From Bacilli bacterium (GTDB lineage: Bacteria > Bacillota_I > Bacilli_A > RFN20 > CAG-826): a DNA stretch of 64,000 nt. Location of the stretch: NCBI GenBank assembly GCA_017959905.1, contig JAGCZS010000005.1:88737-152736 (forward strand). The letters are read 5' to 3'. The translations under genes were made by a program, and so were the position numbers. Of this stretch, positions 49,976 through 59,328 are shown one piece after another. Positions within the stretch are counted from its first letter, which is position 1. Every line of letters begins with the position of its first letter. The notes under the pieces were generated by a model. The model ran no database searches. It was given only the letters and a program-made list of their open reading frames with translations, and was not told the origin of the DNA.

Positions 49976-51412
49976 TTAATCTGCATATGTAATGTGCATA
50001 AAATTAGTTGTCGATGGAACAGGTAGCCCAAACGCGACAATAATCGGACTATTTTTTTTTATTTTTAATTTATATGTTATATTAGAAACAATATTTTTGA
50101 TATCGTCTAAATTTTGAGGCTGCCTATTATAAACAAAAAAATAAACTCCCCAATATAAACCGTTTTTAAGAGCGATTTCTTTATCGCTAGTAACGCATAT
50201 AATAGGACAAAACGGTCTTATTTTAGAAATTCTTTGAATTGTGTTTTTGTTATTTGTAAAAACGATAACAATTTTTGCTTGTATTAATAAAGTGGCATTT
50301 CCAATACTATTAGCTATAGCATCATTATCATTTTTTTTACTTGTTTCATAAGCCTGTTGAATTAAAAGTTTATAATTTAAGAATTTTTCGGCAATAATAG
50401 CAATATTTTTTTGTGTTGTTACAGATTCGCACGGAAATAATCCACTTGCTGTTTCGCCACTAAGCATTATTGCATCTGCTGATTCGTTTACTGCCATAAA
50501 AATGTCACTTATTTCTGCTCTTGTTGGTTGTGGATTAAATTGCATGCTATTTAACATTTGCGTTGCAACAATAACTGGTTTTCCCAATTGGCGGCATCTT
50601 TTAATTATATTTTTTTGATATATAGGTACTTTTTCTAATGGAATTTTTAATCCTAAATCGCCGCGAGCTACCATTATACCATCAGCTTCTTTAATAATTT
50701 CATTAATATTTTTTAATGCTTCAGTATTTTCTATTTTTGCGATTATTTGAATATTAGGTTTGTTATTTTCTTTTAATATTTTTCTAATACTTTTAATATC
50801 GTCACTTTTACTGGTAAAACTTGCTGCTATATAATCAATGTTATTTTTACAAGCAAAAATTAAATCATTTTTATCACTCTCGGAAATAAAATTCATTTTA
50901 ATTTTTTGTTTAGGCGCACTAACATTTTTCCCATTTTTTAATAAATAATCATTACAAGCTTGAACAATTAATTCTTTTTTGTTAAAGTCTTTTTTAATAA
51001 CTTTTACAATAAAGTTGCCATCATCAATTTTGATTAATTCTTTTTCCTTAATAACTTCAAAAAAATTATGACAATTAATAGAAATTTTTTTTTCAGTTCC
51101 CAAGATATTTTCAAAACAGATTATAAAAGTACTATTTTTTTTTATAAATACTTCATTATTTTTTAATTTACCGATACGTATCTCTGGCCCTTTTGTATCT
51201 AAAATAATAGGAATAAAAATATTATTTTTTTCGTTGATTTCGTGAATAATTTTGATTCTTTTGAGATGCTCTTCGTAATTTCCATGTGAAAAATTTAAGC
51301 GAAAAATATTGGCTCCATTTTTAACTAAATGCAATATTTTTTCATATGTGTCACTTGCCGGACCGATAGTCGCGATAATTTTGGTTTTTTTATTTATATC
51401 AATAAAATTCAT
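49976..51412 (-). CDS. pyk: Pyruvate kinase
   Basis: 478 aa with IIATIGPAS, the active-site region MVARGDLG and the Bacillus-like pfkA-pyk arrangement. Confidence 0.9.
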   Translation of the reverse strand: MNFIDINKKTKIIATIGPASDTYEKILHLVKNGANIFRLNFSHGNYEEHLKRIKIIHEINEKNNIFIPIILDTKGPEIRIGKLKNNEVFIKKNSTFIICFENILGTEKKISINCHNFFEVIKEKELIKIDDGNFIVKVIKKDFNKKELIVQACNDYLLKNGKNVSAPKQKIKMNFISESDKNDLIFACKNNIDYIAASFTSKSDDIKSIRKILKENNKPNIQIIAKIENTEALKNINEIIKEADGIMVARGDLGLKIPLEKVPIYQKNIIKRCRQLGKPVIVATQMLNSMQFNPQPTRAEISDIFMAVNESADAIMLSGETASGLFPCESVTTQKNIAIIAEKFLNYKLLIQQAYETSKKNDNDAIANSIGNATLLIQAKIVIVFTNNKNTIQRISKIRPFCPIICVTSDKEIALKNGLYWGVYFFVYNRQPQNLDDIKNIVSNITYKLKIKKNSPIIVAFGLPVPSTTNFMHITYAD

Positions 51413-51417
51413 AGTTT

Positions 51418-52353
51418 TTATTTTTTATTTTTAAAAATTTCTTTTTCGATTGTTAGAAAATCATGGTATAGTATTTTGTTATTTTTAATGCCAATACAGC
51501 CATTTATTTTATCGTTTTGAATAAGTTCGATGCATTTTGTTCCGAATTTATATGCTAATATTCTATCAAAAGCGCTTGGCGTTCCGCCTCGTTGCAAATG
51601 ACCTAATATTTCTGCGCTGCATTTATAATTTAATGTTTTTTCGATTTCTGTTGCCAAATCTTGAACATCATAAAGTTTTTCGCTAACAATTATTATTATG
51701 TTTCTTTTATTTTTATTAAGAATTTTTTTTATTTTTTCAATTATTTCATTAATTGTTAAAAAATTTTTAGACGTGCTTATGATATCAGCATACAAAGCTA
51801 AACCAGAAAAAAATGATAAATCACCGCAGTCTCTCCCCATTACCTCGATAATAGAACATTTTTGATGTGACATAGTTGTATCGCGTATTTTGTCAACACA
51901 GTTAACAATTGTATTTAGACAAGTATCAAAACCAAGAGTAAAATCTGTAAGAACAATATCATTATCGATAGTCGCCGGTATACAAATACAATTAACATTC
52001 ATTTTTGATAATTCGTATGCTCCCTTGTACGTTCCATTTCCGCCAATACAAATTAAAGCATCAATTTCATTTTTTTTTAAATTATTAACAGCCATTTCTC
52101 TTATCTCTCTTTTTTTAAAATCTTCAAAACGCGAACTTCTTAATATAGTGCCGCCGCAAGCTATTATGTTTGAAAAATCATTTTTATCATTTTTGTAAAT
52201 TTGGTTTTTAAAAAGTCCGTAGTATCCGTCAAAAATAAAAAAAATTTTAAAATTATATTCCGCCCCTTTTTTTACTATTGCGTTTATTAAAGCATTCATT
52301 CCTGGACAATCTCCGCCACTGGTTAAAATAGCAATATTTTTTTGAATTTTCAT
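51418..52353 (-). CDS. pfkA: ATP-dependent 6-phosphofructokinase
   Basis: 311 aa with GGDCPGMNA, IGGNGTY and MGRDCGDL motifs. Confidence 0.9.
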   Translation of the reverse strand: MKIQKNIAILTSGGDCPGMNALINAIVKKGAEYNFKIFFIFDGYYGLFKNQIYKNDKNDFSNIIACGGTILRSSRFEDFKKREIREMAVNNLKKNEIDALICIGGNGTYKGAYELSKMNVNCICIPATIDNDIVLTDFTLGFDTCLNTIVNCVDKIRDTTMSHQKCSIIEVMGRDCGDLSFFSGLALYADIISTSKNFLTINEIIEKIKKILNKNKRNIIIIVSEKLYDVQDLATEIEKTLNYKCSAEILGHLQRGGTPSAFDRILAYKFGTKCIELIQNDKINGCIGIKNNKILYHDFLTIEKEIFKNKK

Positions 52354-52463
52354 TTTATCTGATCTAATTTTAATTTTATCTATTTAGTAATTTTACAGAA
52401 TTTTATAATTTAAAAATTAGAAAATTGTAAAAAAACTGTTTATGTAATGATAAAATTAAGAGA

Positions 52464-53741
52464 ATGGCAAGAGATAATGTTGTATTGGAATATATAGGCG
52501 AAAACGACATTGCCGAAATATATAGTAATTGCATAATTGGCAGTGTCGAACTAGAAACTATTTTTAGATTATATCAGCCGCTTATCGGGTATATGGCTTG
52601 TTCGTTATATTTTACATTGCTCAATTACATCGATTATAAAGAAGAAATACAACATAAGTTCTTTTTTGATATTATGCATATATCTGCTGGTAATTTTTTA
52701 TACGCTCGTAGATCGTTAGAGGCTTGCGGATTGCTTAAAACATATCAAAAAAAGTTTAAAAATGTAAAAAAATATAAGTATATTTTATTTGCGCCAAAAA
52801 AAATTATGGATTTTTTTGATAATGCGCTTTTTTATGGCCAACTAATAAAAAATATTGGAAAAAAAAATGCATTAAAAATAATTGAATATTATAAAAACAA
52901 TATAGTTTTAGACAATTTTAATGATATTTCGGCAGATTTTAATGATATTTTTAGTCCAGATGCAAAGGATTTAGACATTAAATTAGAAGGAATCTTAAAA
53001 GATAATAAATCTGTTAGTGAAGGCACTGGTTTTCAATTTGATATTTTTTTTAAAAAATTAAGAGATAGCAATATAAATGAGCATTCTTTAACGTCTAGCG
53101 AATGCAAAAAAATAGAAGAAACCGCTACATTATATGGATTAAACGCTGATATTATGGGCGACATTGTGCTTTTAATATATGACGAAAATAAAAAAAAAGG
53201 AAATCGTATTAATATAACAATGTTAGCTAAAAAATCACGTGAAAAAGCTAAATATTTTGTTATAGAAAATTCTATTATGCAACGTGAAAAAAATCCAGTT
53301 ATTAAAATTTCTAAAAAAACGATGTCTATTAAAGAAATATCATTAATGGATAAAATATCTCCAAGAGAATATTTGCAATTAAAGCAGAGCGGAATTCCGG
53401 TGACGGAATCAGATTTAAATTATATTTTTTATTTAAGAAATACTTTAAAGCTAAGTAATTCTGTAATTAATGCTCTTTTGTGGATCAGTTTTAAAAAGTT
53501 TGATAATTCTATTAATCGAAGATATATCGACACAATAGCCGGGGCTATTATAAGAGAAAAAATAACTAACGCAGGAGATGTTATTGAATATGTTGCTAGA
53601 GATATTAAACCAAAACCATTATTTTCAAATCAAGACAATAACGATAGCAATAATAACAACGGCTATGAAGGATGGAGCGAAGAAGACGAGCACGAAAAAG
53701 ACAAGCTTTTAAAAGAATTGAAGAAATTAATGAAATATTAA
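52464..53741 (+). CDS. Replication initiation/membrane attachment protein (Bacillus DnaB/DnaD-like helicase-loading factor)
   Basis: 425 aa with an acidic C-terminus. It sits immediately upstream of dnaI, as in the B. subtilis dnaB-dnaI operon. Confidence 0.55.
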   Translation: MARDNVVLEYIGENDIAEIYSNCIIGSVELETIFRLYQPLIGYMACSLYFTLLNYIDYKEEIQHKFFFDIMHISAGNFLYARRSLEACGLLKTYQKKFKNVKKYKYILFAPKKIMDFFDNALFYGQLIKNIGKKNALKIIEYYKNNIVLDNFNDISADFNDIFSPDAKDLDIKLEGILKDNKSVSEGTGFQFDIFFKKLRDSNINEHSLTSSECKKIEETATLYGLNADIMGDIVLLIYDENKKKGNRINITMLAKKSREKAKYFVIENSIMQREKNPVIKISKKTMSIKEISLMDKISPREYLQLKQSGIPVTESDLNYIFYLRNTLKLSNSVINALLWISFKKFDNSINRRYIDTIAGAIIREKITNAGDVIEYVARDIKPKPLFSNQDNNDSNNNNGYEGWSEEDEHEKDKLLKELKKLMKY

Positions 53742-53743
53742 GC

Positions 53744-54757
53744 ATGGAACTTTTGAATAAATATAAAATAAACATAAAAAACAACGAAATAGAAAAGATA
53801 AAAAAAGAAATATTTATAAAAACTATTGCTTTTTTAGACGAACATGTTGAAATAAGAGAACAATTAAAGAATATTTTTCAGGTGAAAAACGACGAAAATT
53901 ATAAAAAAATAATTTCTAATTATTTATCGGATATTTGGTTATATATAAACGATATTAAATATTGTTTAAAGTGCAAAGAGGCGGATTTTTTTGATTGCAA
54001 TAAACCGCAACCACATTATCGTCATTATGAAATTAATTTAGAATTTAACGGTCATTATGTTTTTCAAATGTTATCTCCGTGCAAATGGAAAAAAAAATTC
54101 GATGAGAAAAATAAACCATATATTTTTGATGATTTAGCTTATTTAGGCCCATTTAGAGATTTTCCATTAACAATGTTTTCTTTAAAAGAAGAAAATGAGT
54201 TAACAATACATAATTGGGACGATAGTCGAAATCGCTATCCATTGTTAAAAAAGTGCTATGAAATGTTAAAAGAGCAGCAAATGGGTGGAATTTTTATATA
54301 TGGGAATTTTTCATCTGGAAAAACATATGTTTCAATTGCTATTTTAAATAGTTTTTTAAAAAGTTTAGAAGTTAAAAAAAGCGTCAGTGCGTTTTTAAAT
54401 TTTCCAGAAAGAATTAACTATTTGCAGAAAATATTTTTTGACGATCAAAATGAATTTCGAAAATTAATGGATTTATATAGTAATGTTTATTTTATGGTTT
54501 TTGATAATTTTGGCGATGAATTTAAAAGTGAATTTATTAGAGATAGAATAGTTTGGCCGATTTTATTATCTAGATCTAAAAAGAATCTTTTAACTATAAT
54601 AAATAGTCATTTTAATTATGAAGATATCGCCAGAATGTATTCGTTCGGAAAAAATGGAATAGAAGGGGCAAAATTCAAAGAGTTGCTATTAAAGATGTGT
54701 GGGCAACCATTCGATATATCAGCAAAAAAATATAAAAATAATAAAATTATTTCGTAA
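53744..54757 (+). CDS. dnaI: Primosomal helicase loader DnaI (AAA+)
   Basis: N-terminal zinc-binding CLKCKEADFFDCNKPQPHY and the AAA+ P-loop IYGNFSSGKTYV. The start is set to the internal ATG just after the upstream stop. The track's 5' extension overlaps the upstream gene out of frame. Confidence 0.7.
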   Translation: MELLNKYKINIKNNEIEKIKKEIFIKTIAFLDEHVEIREQLKNIFQVKNDENYKKIISNYLSDIWLYINDIKYCLKCKEADFFDCNKPQPHYRHYEINLEFNGHYVFQMLSPCKWKKKFDEKNKPYIFDDLAYLGPFRDFPLTMFSLKEENELTIHNWDDSRNRYPLLKKCYEMLKEQQMGGIFIYGNFSSGKTYVSIAILNSFLKSLEVKKSVSAFLNFPERINYLQKIFFDDQNEFRKLMDLYSNVYFMVFDNFGDEFKSEFIRDRIVWPILLSRSKKNLLTIINSHFNYEDIARMYSFGKNGIEGAKFKELLLKMCGQPFDISAKKYKNNKIIS

Positions 54758-55571
54758 TCTGGCATTTATTACAATATATCGTTCCACGATTACTAATTTT
54801 TATTTTTGTTAATTTATTATTACATACCGGGCAATTGCCTTTATTTTTTCCATAAATTTGTAAAAAATTTTGGTATTGCCCTTTTTTATTTGATGAATAA
54901 GTAAAACTTTTTGCGGAACATCCATGCAACTTAATTGCATCTAACAAAATGCATTTTGCGTTTTTTAATATTGTCGATAAATCATTTTTGTTTAATTTAT
55001 TAGCTTTGGTTAAAGGAGATATTTTGCTTTTAAAAAGAATTTCAGTGACATATATATTTCCTATACCAGAAATAATACTTTGATCTAATAATATTGTTTT
55101 AATGTTCTTTTTCTTTTTGTGTATTAAATTATAAAATTGATTAACATTAATATTTTCGATAGCTTCTTGGCCTATTTTTTTTAAAGGGTCTGTTAAAAAA
55201 TAGTTACTTTTATTTTTTATATGTATTTTCCCAAAAGCTCGTGAATCATCATAATTTAAGATGCCGCCATTTTTAAAAAAAAAGACAACACGCGCATACT
55301 TCGAAATATTTTCTTGATTTTTGAAAAAAATATATTTACCCTCCATTCGCAAATGAGCAAGAATAACGAACTTTTTATCAAGAACAAATATTAAATATTT
55401 TCCGTAACGCTTTATTTGGACGATTTTTTTGCCAATAACTGACTTTTTAAAAAAGTCGTAATCGCCACAAATAATATTATTATGAAGAATAACAACGTCG
55501 CTGATTACCTTATTTTTTATAACTTTATCTAGATATTGTTTAACAGTTTCTACTTCAGGTAATTCAGGCAT
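54747..55571 (-). CDS. mutM: Formamidopyrimidine-DNA glycosylase
   Basis: 274 aa with N-terminal MPELPEVE and a C-terminal zinc finger CPVCNNKLTKIKISNRGTIYCNKC. Confidence 0.9.
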   Translation of the reverse strand: MPELPEVETVKQYLDKVIKNKVISDVVILHNNIICGDYDFFKKSVIGKKIVQIKRYGKYLIFVLDKKFVILAHLRMEGKYIFFKNQENISKYARVVFFFKNGGILNYDDSRAFGKIHIKNKSNYFLTDPLKKIGQEAIENINVNQFYNLIHKKKKNIKTILLDQSIISGIGNIYVTEILFKSKISPLTKANKLNKNDLSTILKNAKCILLDAIKLHGCSAKSFTYSSNKKGQYQNFLQIYGKNKGNCPVCNNKLTKIKISNRGTIYCNKCQITK

Positions 55572-55582
55572 TTATAAAGTAA

Positions 55583-56686
55583 TTATTTCCTGAAATCAAT
55601 AACTACTTTAAGGCATTTACCAGATATGGCTTTATGCATAGCTTCTACTATTTGAGCAAAAGGAAATACGTCTGAAATAATTTTTTCATCAAGATTATTT
55701 TCTTTTTTGCTTAGAATTTTAATAGCTTCCATTGAATCGAATTCGTTACAAATTATAGAGCCAATTAAATTACTTTCGCGCATAACTATCTTTTTAAGTG
55801 GAATTTCTTCGATGTATTTTGGTATAGCTACTAAAACACAAGTAGAAGCGGGTTTAGCATTATCGATAAAATCAGTAATAATGCTTTTAGCTCCAGCGCA
55901 GTCAAAAACATAATCAACATTCCATGTTTTCGTATTTGTCACATCATCACATGTCCCCCATGTTTTTTTTACAAAATCAACTACATCGCCGGATTTTGAA
56001 TTGAAAGTTGTAACATTAAATTTTTTAGCAAAACTTAATTTATAATCATCAATATCTACAACAATAATATTTTTAATACCCTTATCTTGTAATACCATAA
56101 CAGTGCATAGTCCTATAGAACCAGAACCATAAACAATAACATTCGAATCTTTGTTAATTCCTGAAACTCTATTTACAGCGTGTACTCCAATAGACAACGG
56201 TTCAATAAGAACACCTCTTTCATAAGTCATACTATCAGGAATAGGAAAAATATTATAATTCAGAACAGCTTCTTGAATGTAAACATATTGCGAAAAAGCC
56301 CCTGTTGTGTTTCCGATTTTTATTTTTGATTGGCCACATTTTGGTGGGCGACGATCGCAATGACTAACAAAAACTCTATCGCCAGGTTTTACAAAATTTA
56401 TTTCAGAACCAACTTCATCAACAACAGCAATAAATTCGTGACCAAATTGGTCGTTTTTATCGACGCCAACAGCTGCACCGCCAACTGTCATTGTTGTAAT
56501 ATCAGTTCCGCATACGCTAGACATAATATTTTTTACAACAACATCTTTTGGCCCACATTCAGGATAATCTAATTCAACTTTTTCAAAATCCATTACACCT
56601 TTATAAATTAATCCTTGCATTTTTTTACGTGTTTTTGTGCCGGAACAGCAAGAACACTCATGATCATTACAATTTTCATTTTTCAT
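55583..56686 (-). CDS. Zn-dependent medium-chain dehydrogenase/reductase (sorbitol/threonine dehydrogenase-like) with a 21-aa Cys-rich N-terminal extension
   Basis: 367 aa with SVCGTDI (catalytic Zn), GHEF, the structural-Zn region CDRRPPKCG and the Rossmann motif VYGSGSIGL. A GGAG RBS precedes the first ATG. Confidence 0.75.
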   Translation of the reverse strand: MKNENCNDHECSCCSGTKTRKKMQGLIYKGVMDFEKVELDYPECGPKDVVVKNIMSSVCGTDITTMTVGGAAVGVDKNDQFGHEFIAVVDEVGSEINFVKPGDRVFVSHCDRRPPKCGQSKIKIGNTTGAFSQYVYIQEAVLNYNIFPIPDSMTYERGVLIEPLSIGVHAVNRVSGINKDSNVIVYGSGSIGLCTVMVLQDKGIKNIIVVDIDDYKLSFAKKFNVTTFNSKSGDVVDFVKKTWGTCDDVTNTKTWNVDYVFDCAGAKSIITDFIDNAKPASTCVLVAIPKYIEEIPLKKIVMRESNLIGSIICNEFDSMEAIKILSKKENNLDEKIISDVFPFAQIVEAMHKAISGKCLKVVIDFRK

Positions 56687-56769
56687 ATATTTTTCTCCTT
56701 TAAATTTAAATATACTTTCATTATATCATAAATAGCACACAAATACACTACAATACATTTGGCAAAAAA

Positions 56770-59328
56770 TTAAACATCATATAAGCTTTTTCCGTAGTGC
56801 ACATCGACTTTTAATTTAATAGGAAAACAGTCAAAATTTTCCATAATATTTGTCACGTCCTCAACTAGATTCTTTTTTTCTTCTGAAAATACTTTAAATA
56901 CAAGTTCGTCATGAATTTGTAAAATTAATTTACTTTTATAATTTTTTTTATTTAAAATGTTGTTAATTTTTATCATCGATATTTTGATAATATCAGCGGC
57001 AGTTCCTTGAATAGGTGCATTAATAGCAGCTCTTTTAGCAAATTCTCTAATATGAAAATTTTTATTATTTATTTCGTCATTTTCAAAAAATCGTTTTCTA
57101 TGAAAAAAAGTTTCGACATATTGGTTTTTACTCATATTGGCAATGATTTGTTCTAAAAAAGACTTAATATTTTCGTTTTTTTTGAAAAAATTATTAATAA
57201 TTTCTTTAGATTCAGAAATGCTTTTATTTATTTTTTTTGATAAATTAAACGGCTGAATTCCGTATATGATACTATAATTAATTTCTTTTGCGATTTTTCT
57301 TTCTGATGGTGTTGGTTCTCGATTAACAATATTAAAAATTTTCTTAGCTGTTTCACAATGAATATCTTTGTTTTGCTTAAATATATCAATTAAATCTTTT
57401 TCATTTGATAAAATAGACAATATTTTTAACTCAATTTGTGAATAATCAAATGACAAAAAAAAGCAGTCATTGTCCTGATAAAAAAAAGATTTCCGAATTT
57501 CTTTTTCCTCTTCATTATTAATAGCAATGTTTTGCAAATTAGGCTTACTGCTAGATAATCTTCCAGTTGATGTTTTTGTTTGATTGAAGATAGTATGAAT
57601 TTTATTTTCTTGAATGTTACTAATTAAGTTTTCGATATAAGCAATTAATTTCGCATAACTACGATATTTTAAAATTTTGTCGATTAGTGGGTTTGTATCT
57701 TTGAGATTAAGTAAATTATCAGCGTTTGTAGATGTGATTTTATTTTTTAAAATGATTTTTTCATTTAATACATCAATTACTTGTTTTGGTGACAATATAT
57801 TAAATTTTTTACCGGCAATGTCAAAAATTTCATTTTCAATAGAATTATTTTTTTTAGCAAAAAAAAGTTTTATATTATTTAGTTCGTTTTTATTAACAGG
57901 AACGCCTTCTATTTCCATAGAAGTCAAAACGTCGCTTAATGGCATTTCAATATTATTGAAGAGATCTAACATTTTATGTTTAGTCAGTTCTTTTAAAAAA
58001 ATATCTTTTAATCTTGTTAAAACAGCAATATATTCTTTTGCAACGATTTTGTCATCGTCGCTCGTTTTTTTAATTTGATTTAAATCATCTTCAATATTGT
58101 GATTTAACAAATAGGCAGCAATCATTAAATCAAAAACAACACCATTAACGTTGAAATTGATATTATTAAGAACTATTTTTATTTTTTTCAAATTGTAAGT
58201 ATATTTTTTAATGTTTTTGTCATCCAGAACTTTTTTTAAATTTTTAGCGTTATTTAATTGTTGCCCGTAGATAATAAAAGAATTTTCATTAGTTTTTACA
58301 AAAATCATTTTAATAATTGTGTTTTTTTTGTGATAGTCGTCATCATTATTTGTTAATAACCAAAAATCAATGCTGTTATACTCGCTCTTTGGTAAATCAT
58401 TAACAATTAAATAGTCATTTTCTATTTTGTTATTTTTTTTAATTTTATTTAATGCTAAAATTTTACGAAAAATACTTTTTAATTCGTATTTTTCACAAAA
58501 TGTTTCTATTTTTTTAATATTAAATTCTTTGAAATTAAGGTCGTTAATTTTAAATGGCAAAATTATATTTTTTTCAATAGTAGCTAATTGTTTTGTTTTT
58601 TTACCTTGCTCGGCAAAATTTATTATATTTTCTTTAATTTGTCCTTTTAATTCATCAACATGTTTTATTACGTTTTCTAAATTATTATATTTTTCTAATA
58701 ATTCTATAGCTCTTTTGGGACCAATTTTAGGTATGCCTGGTAAGTTATCGCTATCATCCCCAACTAATCCTTTAAAATCAGTTAATTGATTTGGCCGAAA
58801 ACCATATATTTCTTTAATGTTTTTGGCGGTAACGGTTTTTACTTCGCTTAACCCCTTACGCATCATTTTAATTGATATATTATCGTTTATTAATTGCAAA
58901 AAATCTTTATCGCTTGTATAGATAAAAACATCATAGTTATTTTTGGAAGCTAAAACAGCGGCCGATCCGCATATATCATCGCCTTCAAAACCTGTTTTTT
59001 GAAAGTATTTAATATTTGCTACATCTAGAAATTCATAAATAGCAGGGATTTGCTCTTTTAACTCTTGTGGAGTTGGCTTTCTATTAATTTTGTATCGGTC
59101 GAATTCTCTTTTTCGAAAACTATCGCCGCTATCAAAACCAACAAAGATTAGATCTTCTTCGTTAAGATCGGCGATTAATTTTAATATTACGTTTATAAAA
59201 CCAAATATAGCATTTGTAGGATTGCCATTTTGTGTACACATAATTGAATTATTTTTTTGGTTTATTGCAGTAGCGTAATAAATTCGATAGAGAATCGCAC
59301 AGCCATCAATAATAATGATTTTTTTCAT
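56770..59328 (-). CDS. polA: DNA polymerase I
   Basis: 852 aa with an N-terminal 5'-3' exonuclease (IIIDGCAILYRIYYA) and C-terminal family A polymerase motifs (DYSQIELKILS, KEINYSIIYG). Confidence 0.9.
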   Translation of the reverse strand: MKKIIIIDGCAILYRIYYATAINQKNNSIMCTQNGNPTNAIFGFINVILKLIADLNEEDLIFVGFDSGDSFRKREFDRYKINRKPTPQELKEQIPAIYEFLDVANIKYFQKTGFEGDDICGSAAVLASKNNYDVFIYTSDKDFLQLINDNISIKMMRKGLSEVKTVTAKNIKEIYGFRPNQLTDFKGLVGDDSDNLPGIPKIGPKRAIELLEKYNNLENVIKHVDELKGQIKENIINFAEQGKKTKQLATIEKNIILPFKINDLNFKEFNIKKIETFCEKYELKSIFRKILALNKIKKNNKIENDYLIVNDLPKSEYNSIDFWLLTNNDDDYHKKNTIIKMIFVKTNENSFIIYGQQLNNAKNLKKVLDDKNIKKYTYNLKKIKIVLNNINFNVNGVVFDLMIAAYLLNHNIEDDLNQIKKTSDDDKIVAKEYIAVLTRLKDIFLKELTKHKMLDLFNNIEMPLSDVLTSMEIEGVPVNKNELNNIKLFFAKKNNSIENEIFDIAGKKFNILSPKQVIDVLNEKIILKNKITSTNADNLLNLKDTNPLIDKILKYRSYAKLIAYIENLISNIQENKIHTIFNQTKTSTGRLSSSKPNLQNIAINNEEEKEIRKSFFYQDNDCFFLSFDYSQIELKILSILSNEKDLIDIFKQNKDIHCETAKKIFNIVNREPTPSERKIAKEINYSIIYGIQPFNLSKKINKSISESKEIINNFFKKNENIKSFLEQIIANMSKNQYVETFFHRKRFFENDEINNKNFHIREFAKRAAINAPIQGTAADIIKISMIKINNILNKKNYKSKLILQIHDELVFKVFSEEKKNLVEDVTNIMENFDCFPIKLKVDVHYGKSLYDV

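Noticed and set aside
49972-50040. The extended thrS start (MSRLGYLFHRQLILCTLHMQIKT...) overlapping the pyk 3' end.
   Set aside because: The TGS-domain N-terminus (MKIILNNKK) begins at the ATG at 49971. The upstream codons are not conserved and overlap pyk.
53672-53743. The 24-codon N-terminal extension of dnaI (MERRRRARKRQAFKRIEEINEILS) overlapping the preceding gene in another frame.
   Set aside because: An Arg-rich translation of the A/G-rich acidic tail of the upstream gene. The conserved DnaI sequence begins at the internal Met directly after the upstream stop.
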